Shown here piece after piece: positions 49,846 through 64,000 of a stretch of 64,000 bases of DNA (positions are counted from its first letter, which is position 1; every line of letters starts with the position of its first letter). This stretch comes from Chrysomallon squamiferum. Its lineage: Eukaryota > Animalia > Mollusca. The notes under the pieces were generated by a model that saw only the letters and a list, made by a program, of their open reading frames with translations, ran no database searches and was not told where the DNA came from. The position numbers and the translations under genes were made by a program. Location: NCBI GenBank assembly GCA_012295275.1, contig CM022671.1, forward strand, positions 930,001 through 994,000, written 5' to 3'.

Positions 49846-51159
49846 CATACATACATACATACATACATACATACAAACAATCATACATACATACATACAT
49901 ACATACATACATACATACATACATACACATACATACATACATACATACATACAAACAATCATACATACATACATACATACATACATACATACATACATAC
50001 ATACATACATACATACAAACAATCATACATACATACATACATACATACATACATACATACATACAAACATACATACATACATACATACATACAAACATAC
50101 ATATATACATACATACAAACATACATACATACATACATACAAACATACATACATACATATATACATACAATCATACATACATACATACATACATATGTAC
50201 GTACATACATACATACATACATACATACAGACAAACATACATACATACATATATACGCACATAACATACATACATAGAGGAAGGAAAAAAGAAGATTATT
50301 AAATGGTAGATACAATTTATAATGATACATTTGGTCTTTAAATTTGCATCCTAATTGAATACACAAAATAATGATAATTCTTATATTTGTACTTGATCCT
50401 GTTTTTGTTATTTCATGTATACATGTTAACGGTGGAGTGGTTTTATTTTATTTTTTCTTGCCCAAAATTATAAATTTAAAAAAGTCATACAGATGTAGTA
50501 ATGGTAACATTAAGTTAACTAACAGTGTTGACATTGGAAAAGTAACAGAAATACATGTGAGCATGCAGAAATCTTTTTCTTCTTTTTTTTTTTTTTTTTT
50601 TCAAACTGTGTATATACATTTTTATATGTGTACTTAATTATTTTTGTAAATTTAATTTAATTTTTAATTTATTTATTTATTTATTTTACAATCTTTCTAG
50701 GGAAATGGTTCTGATTATACATGGTTTCCCAAATGACATCTCAGCTTTACGGGTAAGGGAGATAATCCTGTATTTATAAATATAATTGTTGTTTTTATGT
50801 GTTTGTGTTATATATTTGATTGATTTTTATTTTATGTGTATGCATGTGTCAATATTATAGTCAATATATTTAAAAATGAATAGTTTTTCATCATACACAC
50901 TGGCATTGGCAGTTTATTTTATAAAAACTAGAATATGCAAGCAAAGTGTGTGTGTGTGAGAGAGAGAGAGAACAACAACACATGTTTGGATGTGTGAATA
51001 ATGCAGATCACTATTTTATTTTGTTTTAAAAGTTTGAGTGGGCGTGTGTGTGTGTGAGAGAGAGAGAGAACAACAACACATGTTTGGATGTGTGAATAAT
51101 GCAACAAGAACATGTTTGGATGTGTGAATAATGCAGATCATTTTGTTTTAAAAGTTTGA

Positions 51160-51193
<34 letters not shown>

Positions 51194-53011
51194 ACAACAC
51201 CATTTTTGGATTTTGTTTTAAAATTTTTGAAAAGTTTGAGTGTGTGTGTGTGTGTGTGAGAGAGAGAGAACAACAACACATGTTTGGATGTGTGAATAAT
51301 GCAGATCACTATTTTATTTTGTTTTAAAAGTTTGAGAGAGAGAGAGAACAACAACACATGTTTGGATGTGTGAATAATGCAGATCACTATTTTATTTTGT
51401 TTTAAAAGTTTGAGTGTGTGTGTGTGTGTGAGAGAGAGAGAGAACAACAACACATGTTTGGATGTGTGAATAATGCAGATCACTATTTTATTTTGTTTTA
51501 AAAGTTTGAGTGTGCGTGTGTGTGTGTGAGAGAGAGAGAACAACAACATTTTGGATTTTAATTCACTATTTTATTTTGTTTTAAAAGTTTGAGTGTGTGT
51601 GTGTGTGAGAGAGAGAGAGAACAACAACACATGTTTGGATGTGTGAATAATGCAGATCACTATTTTATTTTGTTTTAAAAGTTTGAGTGAGTGTGTGTGT
51701 GTGAGAGAGAACAACAACACATGTTTGGATGTGAATAATGCAGATCACTATTTTATTTTGTTTTAAAAGAGAGAGAGAACAACAACAACATGTTTTTGAT
51801 GTGTGAATAATGCAGATCACTATTTTATTTTGTTTTAAAAGTTTGAGTGGGCGTGTGTGTGTGTGAGAGAGAGAGAGAACAACAACACATGTTTGGATGT
51901 GTGAATAATGCAGATCACTATTTTATTTTGTTTTAAAAGTTTTTGGATGTGTGAATAATGCAGATCACTATTTTATTTTGTTTTAAAAGTTTGAGTGTGT
52001 GTGTGTGTGAGAGAGAGAAACAACACATGTTTGGATGTGTGAATAATGCAGATCACTATTTTATTTTGTTTTAAAAGTTTGAGTGGGCATGTGTGTGTGT
52101 GAGAGAGAGAGAACAACAACACATGTTTGGATGTGTGAATAATGCAGATCACTATTTTATTTTGTTTTAAAAGTTTGAGTGTGCGTGTGTGTGTGTGAGA
52201 GAGAGAGAAACAACACATGTTTGGATGTGTGAATAATGCAGATCACTATTTTATTTTGTTTTAAAAGTTTGAGTGGGCGTGGCAGCATCCTGACAGGTTT
52301 GGATGTGTGAATAATGGATCACTATTTTATTTTTTTTAAAAGTTTGAGTGGGCGTGGCAGCACCTGGTCAAAGAAGCCAAAGAAGTCGAGAAAAGAAAGT
52401 CAGTTTGAGTTTCGCTTTCGCATCCTGTCACAGATGTTGAGATCTGGACCCTGGAACAGACTTCCTCTTTACATCAGATGGCTGAAGCAGGTTATTTTTG
52501 TCTCAGTTCTTGAAATTAATATTTAAAGTTTGGTTTTGTTTTTCAAACAACAGCATGAATTTAAAAACACTTATATTTGTACATCTTAGCACATTGGTAT
52601 TATTTATTATCTAGAAATTTCTGATAACACACTGACCTAAAATTACATTCACTTACATGATGTTGATTATTATCAAATGATTTTTGAGATCCATAAAACT
52701 ATAAAGTTCTTGCTAAAAATGTAAAAACTGCAGACAAAAAAAAATATATATAAAAGTCATTCTGTTTGAACTTTTAATACAAAATGGCCTATAGACATGA
52801 AAAGATGTTCAACAGGTTTGATCTGCTTGTCACATTCACTGAATCTCTTTGGTCTATTTTAAGCTACAAATATGGATCTTTTTGAACTGTACCAACTATT
52901 TGTATTCCAGTGGTAACAGATTAACAAATAGATTATTTTTTAAATTATTTTTTTTGTGTGTATGTGTAAATAATTGTCATAAATGAAAATAAATATATAT
53001 ATTTTTTTATC

Positions 53012-53045
<34 letters not shown>

Positions 53046-54127
53046 AGGAATTCAAGTTAGATTTTTCACCAGAAGCCAGTCCACCGTTTCACATGCCAAT
53101 AGTTTATGGTCCAGTGAAGAGTAAAAAAATAGCAAAGACGTGTGAGAACCAGGATGAAAGACGAGAGACTGGGTCAGAGAGTGATGAGCTGTGTAAAATA
53201 ACTCTCAAGTATCCTCTCTGTGATGTCTGCTACAAGAGATTCAAGGTTTTTTTCTTCTGTCACAGTTCTAACAAAACTACTTTAAATGAACTCTATAACT
53301 CAGAATAATGTTTGCTGATAATGATATACTGTCTTATTATAATTTGTCATGACAGTGAATGGGAGCTGTATTTTGTAGTTTACACAGTGGAATGTACAAT
53401 CATTATGAATACATTAATTAATTAACTAATTTTATATTACCATAAACATAATTTATGCATCTTTTTTGCATGATGTACTGAGTATGGATTTTTCTTTTGG
53501 ATATATTTAGTTCAATGTAGAGCAGTAATGTTATTAAAAATGTTAACTATATCAACATATGTTATGCAAGAACAATTTGCAGCTTAAAGATTTAATTATA
53601 AGATGAAAGAAAACATTTAAACCATAATGACATAAGAATTACATGTACTTAATTTCTAACTGGATCTATTCTTAACTCTGTTTTAAAAATAAACTGGTAA
53701 AATATTTTGATTTAAAACTGTATCAATAAATTACATGAGGTGTGCAAAATCTCTTTACAGCCTGAAGACAACAAAGTTTCCTGTTTTCTTCCAAACTGTT
53801 CCATGAAAAGTCACATTTTGTGTTTGTCTCAGAAATTCATAAAAGAAAAAGACCAGGTCATTCCAATAGATGGACAGTGTCCAAAATGCAAGCACACTAT
53901 CCTATGGGGTGATATCATCAGACACAAGAATGGGTGTTACCAGAACCTCAATGTGTCTGTGGGTCAGGTAAAAATACTTATTACTTTTAATATTTCCAGT
54001 AATTTGGTCTTACAATTTTAAATTTTAAAAAATGTATTTATTTATTCATTTTATATATTATTATTATTTATCTTTTTTTATATCTGTATCTATATAGCAA
54101 CACACACACACACATATATGTATGTGA

Positions 54128-54163
<36 letters not shown>

Positions 54164-54443
54164 GGCTATATATATATATATTCTTTGTTCCCTTCTTTTT
54201 AAAACATTTCTTTAACTTTTTTATTCCTAATTATTGTCACAAAATAACTGAAACAATTTTAAATGTTATTTTAAAAAATATATATTTGAAATTGTCTCTT
54301 TTAGTTTGTTTATTTTTAACAAGAATACTCTCGATCTACATGCATTTGAATTTCAGTACATTTGACATCACTGTTTTCTGATGTTACTGCTTTGAAATTT
54401 TCAGAGTGATGTCACAACTGGTACAGACAGTGATCAGCTTTAA
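49588..54443 (+). CDS. SLX1: Structure-specific endonuclease subunit SLX1 (GIY-YIG + C-terminal Zn finger); exon 3 disrupted in this assembly
   Basis: Exons 49588-49760 ([36 protein letters not shown]), 50701-50752 ([17 protein letters not shown]), ~52268/52343-52490 ([32 protein letters not shown]), 53048-53245 ([14 protein letters not shown]), 53761-53967 (C..C..HILCL..CPKC..WGDIIR), 54405-54443. Confidence 0.93.
49815..50275. repeat. (TACA)n tetranucleotide microsatellite, SLX1 intron 1
   Basis: Directly visible. It is the source of the spurious HTYI/MYVC ORFs. Confidence 0.97.
50946..52362 (+). repeat. ~85-95 bp minisatellite (about 15-17 full or partial units) containing the SLX1 exon-3 acceptor
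   Basis: Unit: (GT)n(GA)n acaacaacacatgtttggatgtgtgaataatgcagatcactattttattttgttttaaaag|tttgagtg(ggc)gtg. Confidence 0.95.
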
Positions 54444-54930
54444 CAGTATTCATCATCAAAGATATCAGTTATATGGTACTTACACATGGACAGAACAAAA
54501 ACTGCAGGAAAAAACACAACAGTTAAAAATACCTCATCTGATTAAGCTCTCTAGTCTTTTATTTTATTTTATTTATTTTTTAATGTTATTGAGTGAGTGT
54601 GTGTGTGTGTGTTTAAAAAGATTTAAGTTAATAAATGCTACACTGTTATTACAATAATTTAAATCATAAATTTGTTAAGTAAAAACCTAACTATAATGAC
54701 AGAACCTTCACAAAATAATAATAATAAGAAAAAAAATTGTTTGTGAATCAACATCTGAAATACAAACTGATAGATTTTACAATTACAAATTTGCTTCAGT
54801 GTACCCAGTTTTCAAAGATATTTATTTTATAATAGTTATTTAAATAGAAGAAGAAAGGATAATCCAACATACTATAATTTTAATCTTTTTCATTTCTGAA
54901 CAAATAGAATTAATGCATTAGATAAGTTCC

Positions 54931-54969
<39 letters not shown>

Positions 54970-56456
54970 AAAGAAAGTTTGCTCATAATAAAATGTAAGG
55001 ATGTAACACATATATTTGAATCAAGGCGAATACCATTTTCCTTTTGAATGTTCCATCAGTAAGTAAATCTTTGTACAACCAGTTTTATTGATAATTTAGT
55101 CAGTTTACATTTTTGTACAAGACATGATATTACAAACTATAAAAGAGAGTTAAAACAAAAAGAACTCTTCCCATCAAACATGTAATTATGTTTCTTTACA
55201 TTCAGAAAAGACTGAATTAATAATTAATATGTTAATAACACAAACACTTGAGAGAATATAAAATGTATCACATGTTTCTTAGCTTCATCACTGCTGTAGT
55301 TTTACTTATTATTTTTAAGAATTGTTATCTAAGATATTATAACAGATTTGATGTCATCTTGAACACTTGAAGTTATGTTTAGGACCCAGTGAAGTTGTGT
55401 GAGGTTTAGTGCAATCTTTGTTTGTACCTCTGTTAGTAGAAAAGTCAAAACAGACTGAGTAGTCAGTAACCCAATATCTTTTTTGATTTTTTTTTTTTTT
55501 ATAGATCATTAAATTTTATGCAATTAATTCACATAATTATTGTGTAATGAAATAGACATTTTAAATTTATCATGAAATTAGCATTGTATTTACCACTGTA
55601 ATTTATGACACGTCTGTATTTATGTAATACTACATTCTGTTTCATTCAATGAATTTCTAATTGTAAACAAAAAAAATATTTTGATTAATAAAATATTTAA
55701 AATGTGTTTGTTGTTTGTTTTAGCAGAAAAAGATTTTCACTTCATTATTATTATTAGAAACATACTTCTAATAATGTGATAATAATAATAAAAAACAAAA
55801 CGATCAGGTTATATTTCCTGTTCCTACCAGAGCTCCATGCCTATGAAAGACTACACTCCACTGTAAAGTGTATAAAAGATAATTCATTGCAAACAGACCA
55901 GAGTAATTTATTAAATGGCTGTTGCTGGTTTTCTAAGGTTTATCATTACAAATATCTGACAGCTAATAAATCACGAATATTAATAAGCATTCAAGTGTCA
56001 AATCGTTTATTGTGGAACATGACTTCTATACTGTAAATTAAAATTTTCAATATATTTTAATTTGAATATAAAATTAAGATATCAAAAGTTGGAATATCTA
56101 AAATTATTTCTGAAACTCATTTATCATTGTAAAATCACAATGACATTTACCATGTTCTTAATACCCAGATCAGAGTTAAGCTAGGTATTTGTTTCCACAG
56201 AACAGAAATTCATTTTGCACATCTGTTACTACACATTGCTTATGACAAAAACAGCAGCAACAACAGCAAAAAAAATAATAATAATAATAAATAGGAATAA
56301 AAATTGTAATAATATACATAAATAAATAAATAAATAAATAAGTAATGATTATCTTAAAATACTAGTATGTTATTGTTACTGTGTGTGTTTCTAAAATAAC
56401 TCAGTGTGATAAATATCTATTTTTACTAGTGTTTTTCACTGCCATTTCAAAATGTA

Positions 56457-56501
<45 letters not shown>

Positions 56502-57448
56502 CAGAGAGAGAGAGAGAGAGATTTCCCCAACAGTAATAAAGAAAATTTATTCTTTTTATTTCCATTCACATTTCTTTTTCACAGTTAAGTTTGTCTTTTC
56601 CCCTAATCATTCTATTCAATCGACTAACTAGAAAATAGCCATTGTTTGATCATTTACTTGTATCCGAGCTATTAAAGCACCTAATTGTTGTTAACAGACA
56701 TTCTGCGATGTGAACAAAGGCATCTGCCTGTAAGGTCAGTGGGCTGAACCCGTGAGGTATAGGTGTTCAATCTGATTACATGCTTCGTCGTGTCCGTTGT
56801 TCTGGCGTTGTGACGAACATGACTTACACGCAAAGCCAAATCTCCAACATCGGTGCTGGCATTAATCTCAAATAAGCTGTCTGCGTTCTTAGCAACAACG
56901 CCATTTAAACTTTTTTGTTTCTCGAATTCAGTCGATGCCAAAAATAAATACCATGTATACCCAAACTTTGACAAGTGAGATATGAAGAAATCGACGCCAA
57001 GCAGTAAGTTTATGCATGTTTTTGTTTTACTAATTATGAACGGCTTGTTGTTAGACATCAACGTGTAGTTTCGTTTGTTTGAAGTGTAAATTGACTGTTA
57101 TGTCACTAGAAGCATCTCAGGTATCGACTGAACTCGAGATAAAACGATTCTTGCTTATTTGTCTAAATGCATTTCGCTCATTTATTCTTAAATAAATTTC
57201 TTATAATTTTTTTCTTTTATGAATAAGAGTACGTGTGTGTCCGTCCAGATGTATGTATGTATTAGACAAAAAATCCAAACCAAACACACACACACACACA
57301 CACACATAGTAGGCCAGTTTTGTTAAATTCTAGATAGAATGACGCTTTCTAAAATCAGGATGTAATATGCAAAAAAATAGAGAATATAACTGAGTTAATG
57401 TTGAATGACGAATAAGCATATTTCAAAGTCCACCTTCAGATTATGTTC

Positions 57449-57571
<123 letters not shown>

Positions 57572-58421
57572 CAATGCCTAGTGATTAGTGATAACAACGA
57601 GAGGTATACATATGATGTATTATTAGAAACATTATATGAATACAAAATATTAGAAAATAATAAATTTTAAATGCTTCATTTGGCAAAAGAAGAAGACTCC
57701 TTTCTAAAAATGTATAACTGGAAAATGAAGGTACCTCGTCCTATGTATGTGCGTACGTTCGTACGTAAGTCTGTCTGTATCTGTCTACAACATAAACTAA
57801 AGAGACACAAACTATGGTTGTGAAATGTATGAGCCATCATGAACAAACACGCACATATTATTTTCACAGTTAATAACGCTCACGTATTTGATTATAAATG
57901 ATGACAACATGATCTGGTAACTAACTCTAGGTTATCGATAACTGCGTGCACTAAATGTACCTGCTCACGAAAATATGTTGACCTAAGTTTAAAACTATTA
58001 TTTTACCAATAATATTACAACAATCCCCTTTGTCGACAAAATGTTGGTAACAAATTGAACTGTAATGAACAGGAATACATATATACACTTAGAATTTTAG
58101 TATATTTTAATATATATTAGTGTAATTCGAAATTATTGTTTTATTTGTTTCTGAAAAATGTTCATGGAGAACAATAATATAACAAAAGTTTGTAGCTATT
58201 CTACTGATATCTGTTAACTGGCTAATTATTAATATATTGGGGAGACATAGAAATGTTTTTACTGGATTCGCTTTAATTGTCAGATAATTATTGCTGTAAA
58301 TGCTATTATTCATATTTATTTCTTTGTTCTTTCGGATTTTTTTTTTTTTTTAAGTCCTTCTCTTCTTGCTTCCAAAGAGATTGTTAAACCACTGTATATA
58401 AAATTTATCCATATTGTCCAC

Positions 58422-58454
<33 letters not shown>

Positions 58455-58693
58455 CAATAGGAAATGAACAAAATTATAAAAAGCTAGTTTTAAACGCAAG
58501 CGGGTTCCGAATTTTTTAAATGATCCGTAAACACATATGTTTGAATACAATGACGGTTAACATTAGAATAAGTAAAAATGCTAAGATCCTGTATGAAATA
58601 ATAGGATAATCAATTAAAATATAAGAATGAAAATGTATTGATATTTTTAAATAGTCTGTTTCTGTCAGAACACATCATTGTGCTACTTTGTAG

Positions 58694-59090
58694 GTTACGG
58701 ACAAAATGTCAAATTCAAACACCAGGATGATGCTGTGCAAGCTACTCACGACCAGGCATCACGTGACCTTGAAGCAGAGTTCCGCTACAACCATCTTTCT
58801 TCTGAAGAGATGGACATGGTGGATAGACTGTTTCGAGGCAAACTGGAGCTTGATGAACTTCCAAAGGGAAAGTCAAAAGTCGTTAAACTTTTCATAAGCT
58901 CCACATTCACTGGTTAGATATTTTATATATATATTTTTAATTAGTTAATTTTTATGTTAAGTTTATTTCTCTTTTTCAAAATTATGCTTCATATTTTTAA
59001 TAAGGTTTATAGATATGGAGATGATTTTAGAACAAATTTATTTTCTTTCTTTTTTGATCTTTTCTAAATTATATATTTTCTTTTCTTTTC

Positions 59091-59122
<32 letters not shown>

Positions 59123-59539
59123 TTCCTTTATTTTTATTTATTTTTTTGTTTCTCTCATATACATGGTAATTGTAAAGTGAATTTTTGGATAACTAGTGGT
59201 TAATATAAAGACGTGTATGCACAAGTAAAAAAAGTCCACGAAACTATTCTCTATGGCTTGTCTTTGAGTTCGTGTTTGTGTGTATGTATGTGCATGCGTA
59301 TGTGTATGTTAATGTAGTTGTTTGTATAGAAACAAACATACCAGTGCACGGACTCGGACTGATAAATGCAGATATCAGTACTGTTTTATATTTAAAATTT
59401 AATTTAATTTAATACGTATTAATGATATATTATCACAGATATGATAGAGGAACGAAATGCATTGGTAGAAAACGTCTATCCAAGACTGCGTCAATATTGT
59501 CGAGACGAATACGGTATCGACTTTCAGGTAATATATAAT

Positions 59540-59570
<31 letters not shown>

Positions 59571-60351
59571 TTTGTCAAACATTACTGAAGGGACGCGTTT
59601 ATAGCAGTGTTATACATTGATACATGTAACGGATATTTCGAATTAAATAAAAATCATGAAACAAATCAAGATCGTATAATTTGGTATATCTGGAGCCGAA
59701 GTAAGTTCTATTGATGCCATAACTACAGTTGGATTATGGTGCCGTTTTAACCTTTTTGTTTTATTTAAATTTTTAATTTTATTTTTATGGCCAAGCTAAT
59801 TCTTCGTGGTTGTAGTACCCTTTATTTTTTATTATTATTATTATTTTTTTTTTTTTGAAATGCCGCAAATCCACGCCTATTATACATAACAGTTAATTCC
59901 GGGACGACTCAACAATAAAATCATCGTTATCATTGACTGGAAAAAATATATACCGGGGGTCTTTATATATTTATAAAAACAATACGCAGAGCAAGTCAGG
60001 TCGTCTGTATGTTTGCTATGTGCGTTAGAAATTAATGTATGAACAGCTGTATCGCTTACGTTATGTACAAACGTCTTACAGAAAGTTAAATGTTAACGTA
60101 TGTCGCTCTCTGTCGTTGTCAGGCTGTTGATATGAGGTGGGGTATCCCCCCCGAGGCTTCTGACGACCACAGCGCTTCTGACATGTGTCTGGCAGAACTA
60201 CGACATTGTCAGCAACTGTCCAGCGGACCAAACTTTGTGGTGAGTTTTACGTATTTTATTTAATCAACTGACATTCTTATGCACATACATAGCACATTAT
60301 AATCATCTATATATTTCTATTCTGGTTAATTAATTAAATAACATTATTATC

Positions 60352-60414
<63 letters not shown>

Positions 60415-61482
60415 TGCTAAATAATAAATAATAATCGTGTTATAATGTGTTTAATCTCAGGCACTTATTGGTCAGAAATATGGACAGTGTCCTATTCCTG
60501 CAGAAGTAGCTAGAACAGATTTCGAAGCCATACTTTCGAATTTTGAAGAAGGGAGTAATTTTTCGAAACTACTGACAACCTGTTATCTACGAGACCAAAA
60601 CACTATTCCTAGTGTGTATCGTTTACAACCAGGCAGTGTAGTTACAGGTACCATTATTGTTTCTTAATAATAGTAATAACAATAGTAGTAGTAGTAATAG
60701 TAGTAATATAGTAGTGGTAGTAGCTATAGCAGAATGAGAAGTGGACACAGTAGCAGTTGTTGTTGTAATAGTGGTAGCAGCAGGAGCAGTAGTCGTAGAA
60801 GTGCACATACTTTAAATCAATTTTACTTTTACTTACAAGAAAAAAGCCTGCAAATTGGAAATATATTCATCCAGCATTTTCTATCTTATATCCTTAACGT
60901 GAAATATTAAAATTTGTTATATGACTGTTTTTGTCTGATTGATAACTGTTGTAAATATAAGTAACTGAAATAGCAGTAATAACAGTAACTTAATTGTTGT
61001 ATTAGTTACGTCAGTAAATGAGATAATACTAGTTTTTGTTTTATTAAGATAACAAAAGAGCAGTCCGTATAACGTATGTAAAGTCTTCGCCTGAATTGTA
61101 ACGAATCGTACTTGTGTTACGTTGAACATTTGCCGTTCAGATCAGCGTTTCAAAGGCTGTGGAATAATAATAATTAAAAAAAAAGAATATAACAGTAAAG
61201 AAACGGACTTCATTTCTTATCACGTTAATACATCTTTAATGCTGTAAAAAGATGCTGTTGTCTTCATGCATTCATTTATTGCAGAAGTAAAAAAGTATTT
61301 ATTTAATGTTTGCAGGAATCGTCGATAAACCCTGGAATCAAATAGAAGGAGAACTGAGGCACATTTTGAAAACTGGGGCTCGCGGTGCTGTGAAGAAAGC
61401 AGAAATGTTGCGGGAGTCTGAACGTGTCCTCAATGCATCGGGTAAGAAGTCACCTCTCATCATCCTCATCTTCATTACTTAC

Positions 61483-61525
<43 letters not shown>

Positions 61526-64000
61526 TTATTTTAATATTACTCTTTCTTTTAATCTGTGAAGTAACATATTTTAATATTCAATGGTGATAATAAGACTCCT
61601 TATAAATTGTTACAAAAATTAAAAACAAAATATAAAATAAATAAATAAATAAAACTTCTGATTACAATTACTGTTCATATGTTTTGAAACAGAAAGGCTA
61701 TGGTCATTGCATTATTTGCAGAAATAGCAGCAGCAATAGAATTCCCAAAGGTAGTAATGAATTTGCTGTTGTTCTTGCAGAAATAGCAATAGTCTTAGTA
61801 ATAAGAGAAGTATTAGTATTAGTATAGCCGTTGTTTTGTTTTGTTATGAAATAGTTTCTGTGTTTTATCTTGTAGTTACCGAACATGAGATATATAGAGG
61901 TTTGTTCACTGTTCAGAGACAGAAAGATCGGGAAAACAACGCTATAGTTTACATACGAGAGATTGAAGACCTCAAAGACAACACCGAAGATCCACTCGCT
62001 AAAAGATACGTTGATCTTTATCCAGACTCGGCAGAAGTGGACGCAGTAGCGGCAGCAGCTGTAGCAAACCTGAAGGAGAAAACCATGGAAAAGTTACCCG
62101 TGTTTAACATACGTAAATCCACGGTCAAGTGGTCTTCAAAAGGCATCGATAAAAGTATACACGCCGGGTATTTGCTGAAAACATGTAACCATTTTTATAG
62201 AACTGTGCAAACTTTAGTAGACAGGAATATGACAAATCGAAACAAACTCACAGATGATTCTCTTTTTCATGAAGTATCTCAACACTGGACAATAGCCAGA
62301 GGACGATGCAACACGTTTGTCGGAAGAAAAGATATTTTGAAGACAGTCAGAGACTATATCATAGGAGAGTCAAACCAGGCTCTTGTCGTTTACGGTGAAT
62401 CTGGCAGTGGTAAAACGTCATTCATCGCAAAGTCGTCGTCTCTGGTGAATGAATTCATCTCACAGAGTCCGAGGGGAGACGTAAATCTTGCTGTCGTCCT
62501 GCGATTTGTTGGAACGACTCCAAAAAGTTCTTCCATACAGCAGTTATTACATTCAGTATGTCATCAGATTGCATACTTAACTGGCAGCTTTCGACACAAG
62601 GTACCCGAAGACTATGCCAGTCTGAAGGCGTATTTCGTTGACATTGTACAGAAAGGAAATTTCAATGGAATTATTGTGATATTCTTGGACGCTCTCGACC
62701 AGCTCTCGTCAAATAACGGAGCTCACACAGTTGACTGGCTGCCGTCAAGATTAGCCTCAAATGTGAAAATCATTGTTTCTACTTTGCCGGAAAAGGCTTC
62801 AATATTGGAAAGACTGCGAAGTAAGATTTCAGTCAATTACATCCAGGTGACAAGTTTGCCAATGTCGGACTGTCTGAACGTCATGAAAGTTCTGTTAGAT
62901 CTCTCTGACAGAGATATTTCTTATCAACAGTGGAAACTCGTCAAGGAGGCATTTCAGTATTGCACGCTTCCTCTGTTCATAACACTGACATACCAGGAGG
63001 TTATACAGTGGAGATCTTATGACAATGTCCCACCTGGAACTCTAATGCACACAGTTGAAGCATGCATTCACAAACTGTTTGACAGACTGGAAAGGAAACA
63101 CGGGAAGATGTTCGTGTCGCGAGCCCTGGGTTACATCACTGCGGCAAAGAATGGCCTCAGTGAGTCAGAACTGGAGGACATTCTGTCTCTTGATGACGAT
63201 GTTCTGAACAGCCTTTTCACTTTCTGGGAACCTCCAATCAGAAGAATCCCACCTAGTCTGTGGCCTAGTCTTTATTTAGAAATATCATCCTTTCTCGTAG
63301 AGCGTGAAGCCGACGGAATTATTGTCCTCTCCTGGTACCACATGCAGTTTGTTATAGCAGCAGTAGAAAGATATTTGGAAAAAGACGACGAATTCCACAA
63401 AATACACTGGAATATTTCAGAATACTACCTGGGAATCTGGAGTGGAAATAAAAAGAAACCTTTCAAATATCGAAGTCAGCTGATGAAAAGACTAAAACGA
63501 ACCAGCCCTGAGTCTGCTGCTTGTCGTTATGTTCCAGAACAGCCACTCATTTTGTCCAAAACAAATGTAGAGGAACGATACAACAGTAGGAAACTGAGCC
63601 AATTGCCTTACAGCTTGATCAACAGTGGTCAGTTCGGGCTAGTCAAGTCACAGTGTTTCTGTAAATTCGAATGGATATTCACGAAACTCAAAGCAACGTC
63701 TTTACAACAAGTTATAGCAGATTTTTCTTTGTTCGAGGACAGAGAGACTGAACTAGTAGCAGATGCTCTCCGAATGTCTGGATCTGCCTTAAAGATAGAT
63801 CCGAATTGCCTAGGGCCAGAAATTAGCGGTCGTCTGCTACCTCTCGTGGCAAACTACCCCATCATAAGAAATCTAGTACGTCAGTGCGACCTCACTGCAC
63901 AGCTGCGTTGCCCTTTGGTGCCGAACTGTCAAATCTACTGCGCCCCCGGTGGTCCATTACAGTACGAATGTGAAATAGATGATAATGTTAAGTCTCCGGT
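58694..64000 (+). CDS. NACHT and WD40 repeat protein (NWD1/NWD2-like STAND NTPase with N-terminal DUF4062-type domain), 5' part; start codon unresolved, runs off the right edge
   Basis: Exons 58694-58912 (KVVKLFISSTFT), 59439-59527 (DMIEERNALVENVYPRLRQYC..YGIDFQ), 60123-60239 (AVDMRWG..CQQLSSGPNFV), 60461-60647 (ALIGQKYG), 61316-61441 and 61876-64000 (same frame at all checkpoints). Walker A VYGESGSGKTS is at ~62388-62420 and Walker B IVIFLDALDQL at ~62672-62705. WLPSRLASNVKIIVSTLP, LFDRLERKHG, GLSESELEDILSLDDDVL and APGGPL are also present. The WD40 repeats are expected downstream of the window. Confidence 0.93.

Noticed and set aside
49734-50366. Several 76-229 aa ORFs (HTYI/MYVC repeats)
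   Set aside because: These are translations of the (TACA)n microsatellite. Only 49588-49760 is SLX1 coding.
51148-52218. Repetitive minus-strand ORFs ([19 protein letters not shown])
   Set aside because: They are translations of the minisatellite.
50946-52362. Repeat-spacer-like array resembling CRISPR
   Set aside because: The variable parts are only (GT)n(GA)n slippage, there are no unique spacers or cas genes, and the context is a eukaryotic intron.
56681-57061. 126-aa minus-strand ORF in a more GC-rich patch
   Set aside because: No motif or splice support. It is more likely promoter or 5' UTR of the NWD-like gene.

Overview
AT-rich, intron-rich animal DNA, most likely a mollusc or other lophotrochozoan (inferred from gene families and microsatellite content). 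I reconstructed seven spliced or single-exon genes by hand from GT-AG boundaries and exon phase. The left half holds a head-to-head pair of paralogous cell-surface/secreted protein genes. Gene A (minus strand, ATG 14019, runs off the left edge) reads: signal peptide, PLAT/LH2 domain, EGF/Cys-rich modules, then a long array of FN3/Ig-like 'D-x-[ST]-PP / W-x-GF-x-D-x-ESG' repeats. Gene B (plus strand, 16705-29619) reads: signal peptide, propeptide ending RVRR|GWWWG, Cys-rich cassettes, the same repeat core but truncated, a MEGF10-type EGF, one TM helix and a tail with seven tyrosines. The two genes share exon sizes and phases and a ~1.3 kb near-identical inverted segment that includes an intron, consistent with gene conversion or inversion-mediated head swapping. 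This pair is the best candidate for an undescribed system. The right half holds a CDP-alcohol phosphatidyltransferase-like gene, intronless ALG2, a 4-exon FABP, SLX1 (its exon-3 acceptor is amplified inside a minisatellite) and the 5' part of an NWD1/2-like NACHT-WD40 gene. Several single-base frame breaks could be assembly errors. No RNA genes, CRISPR arrays or intact transposons were seen.
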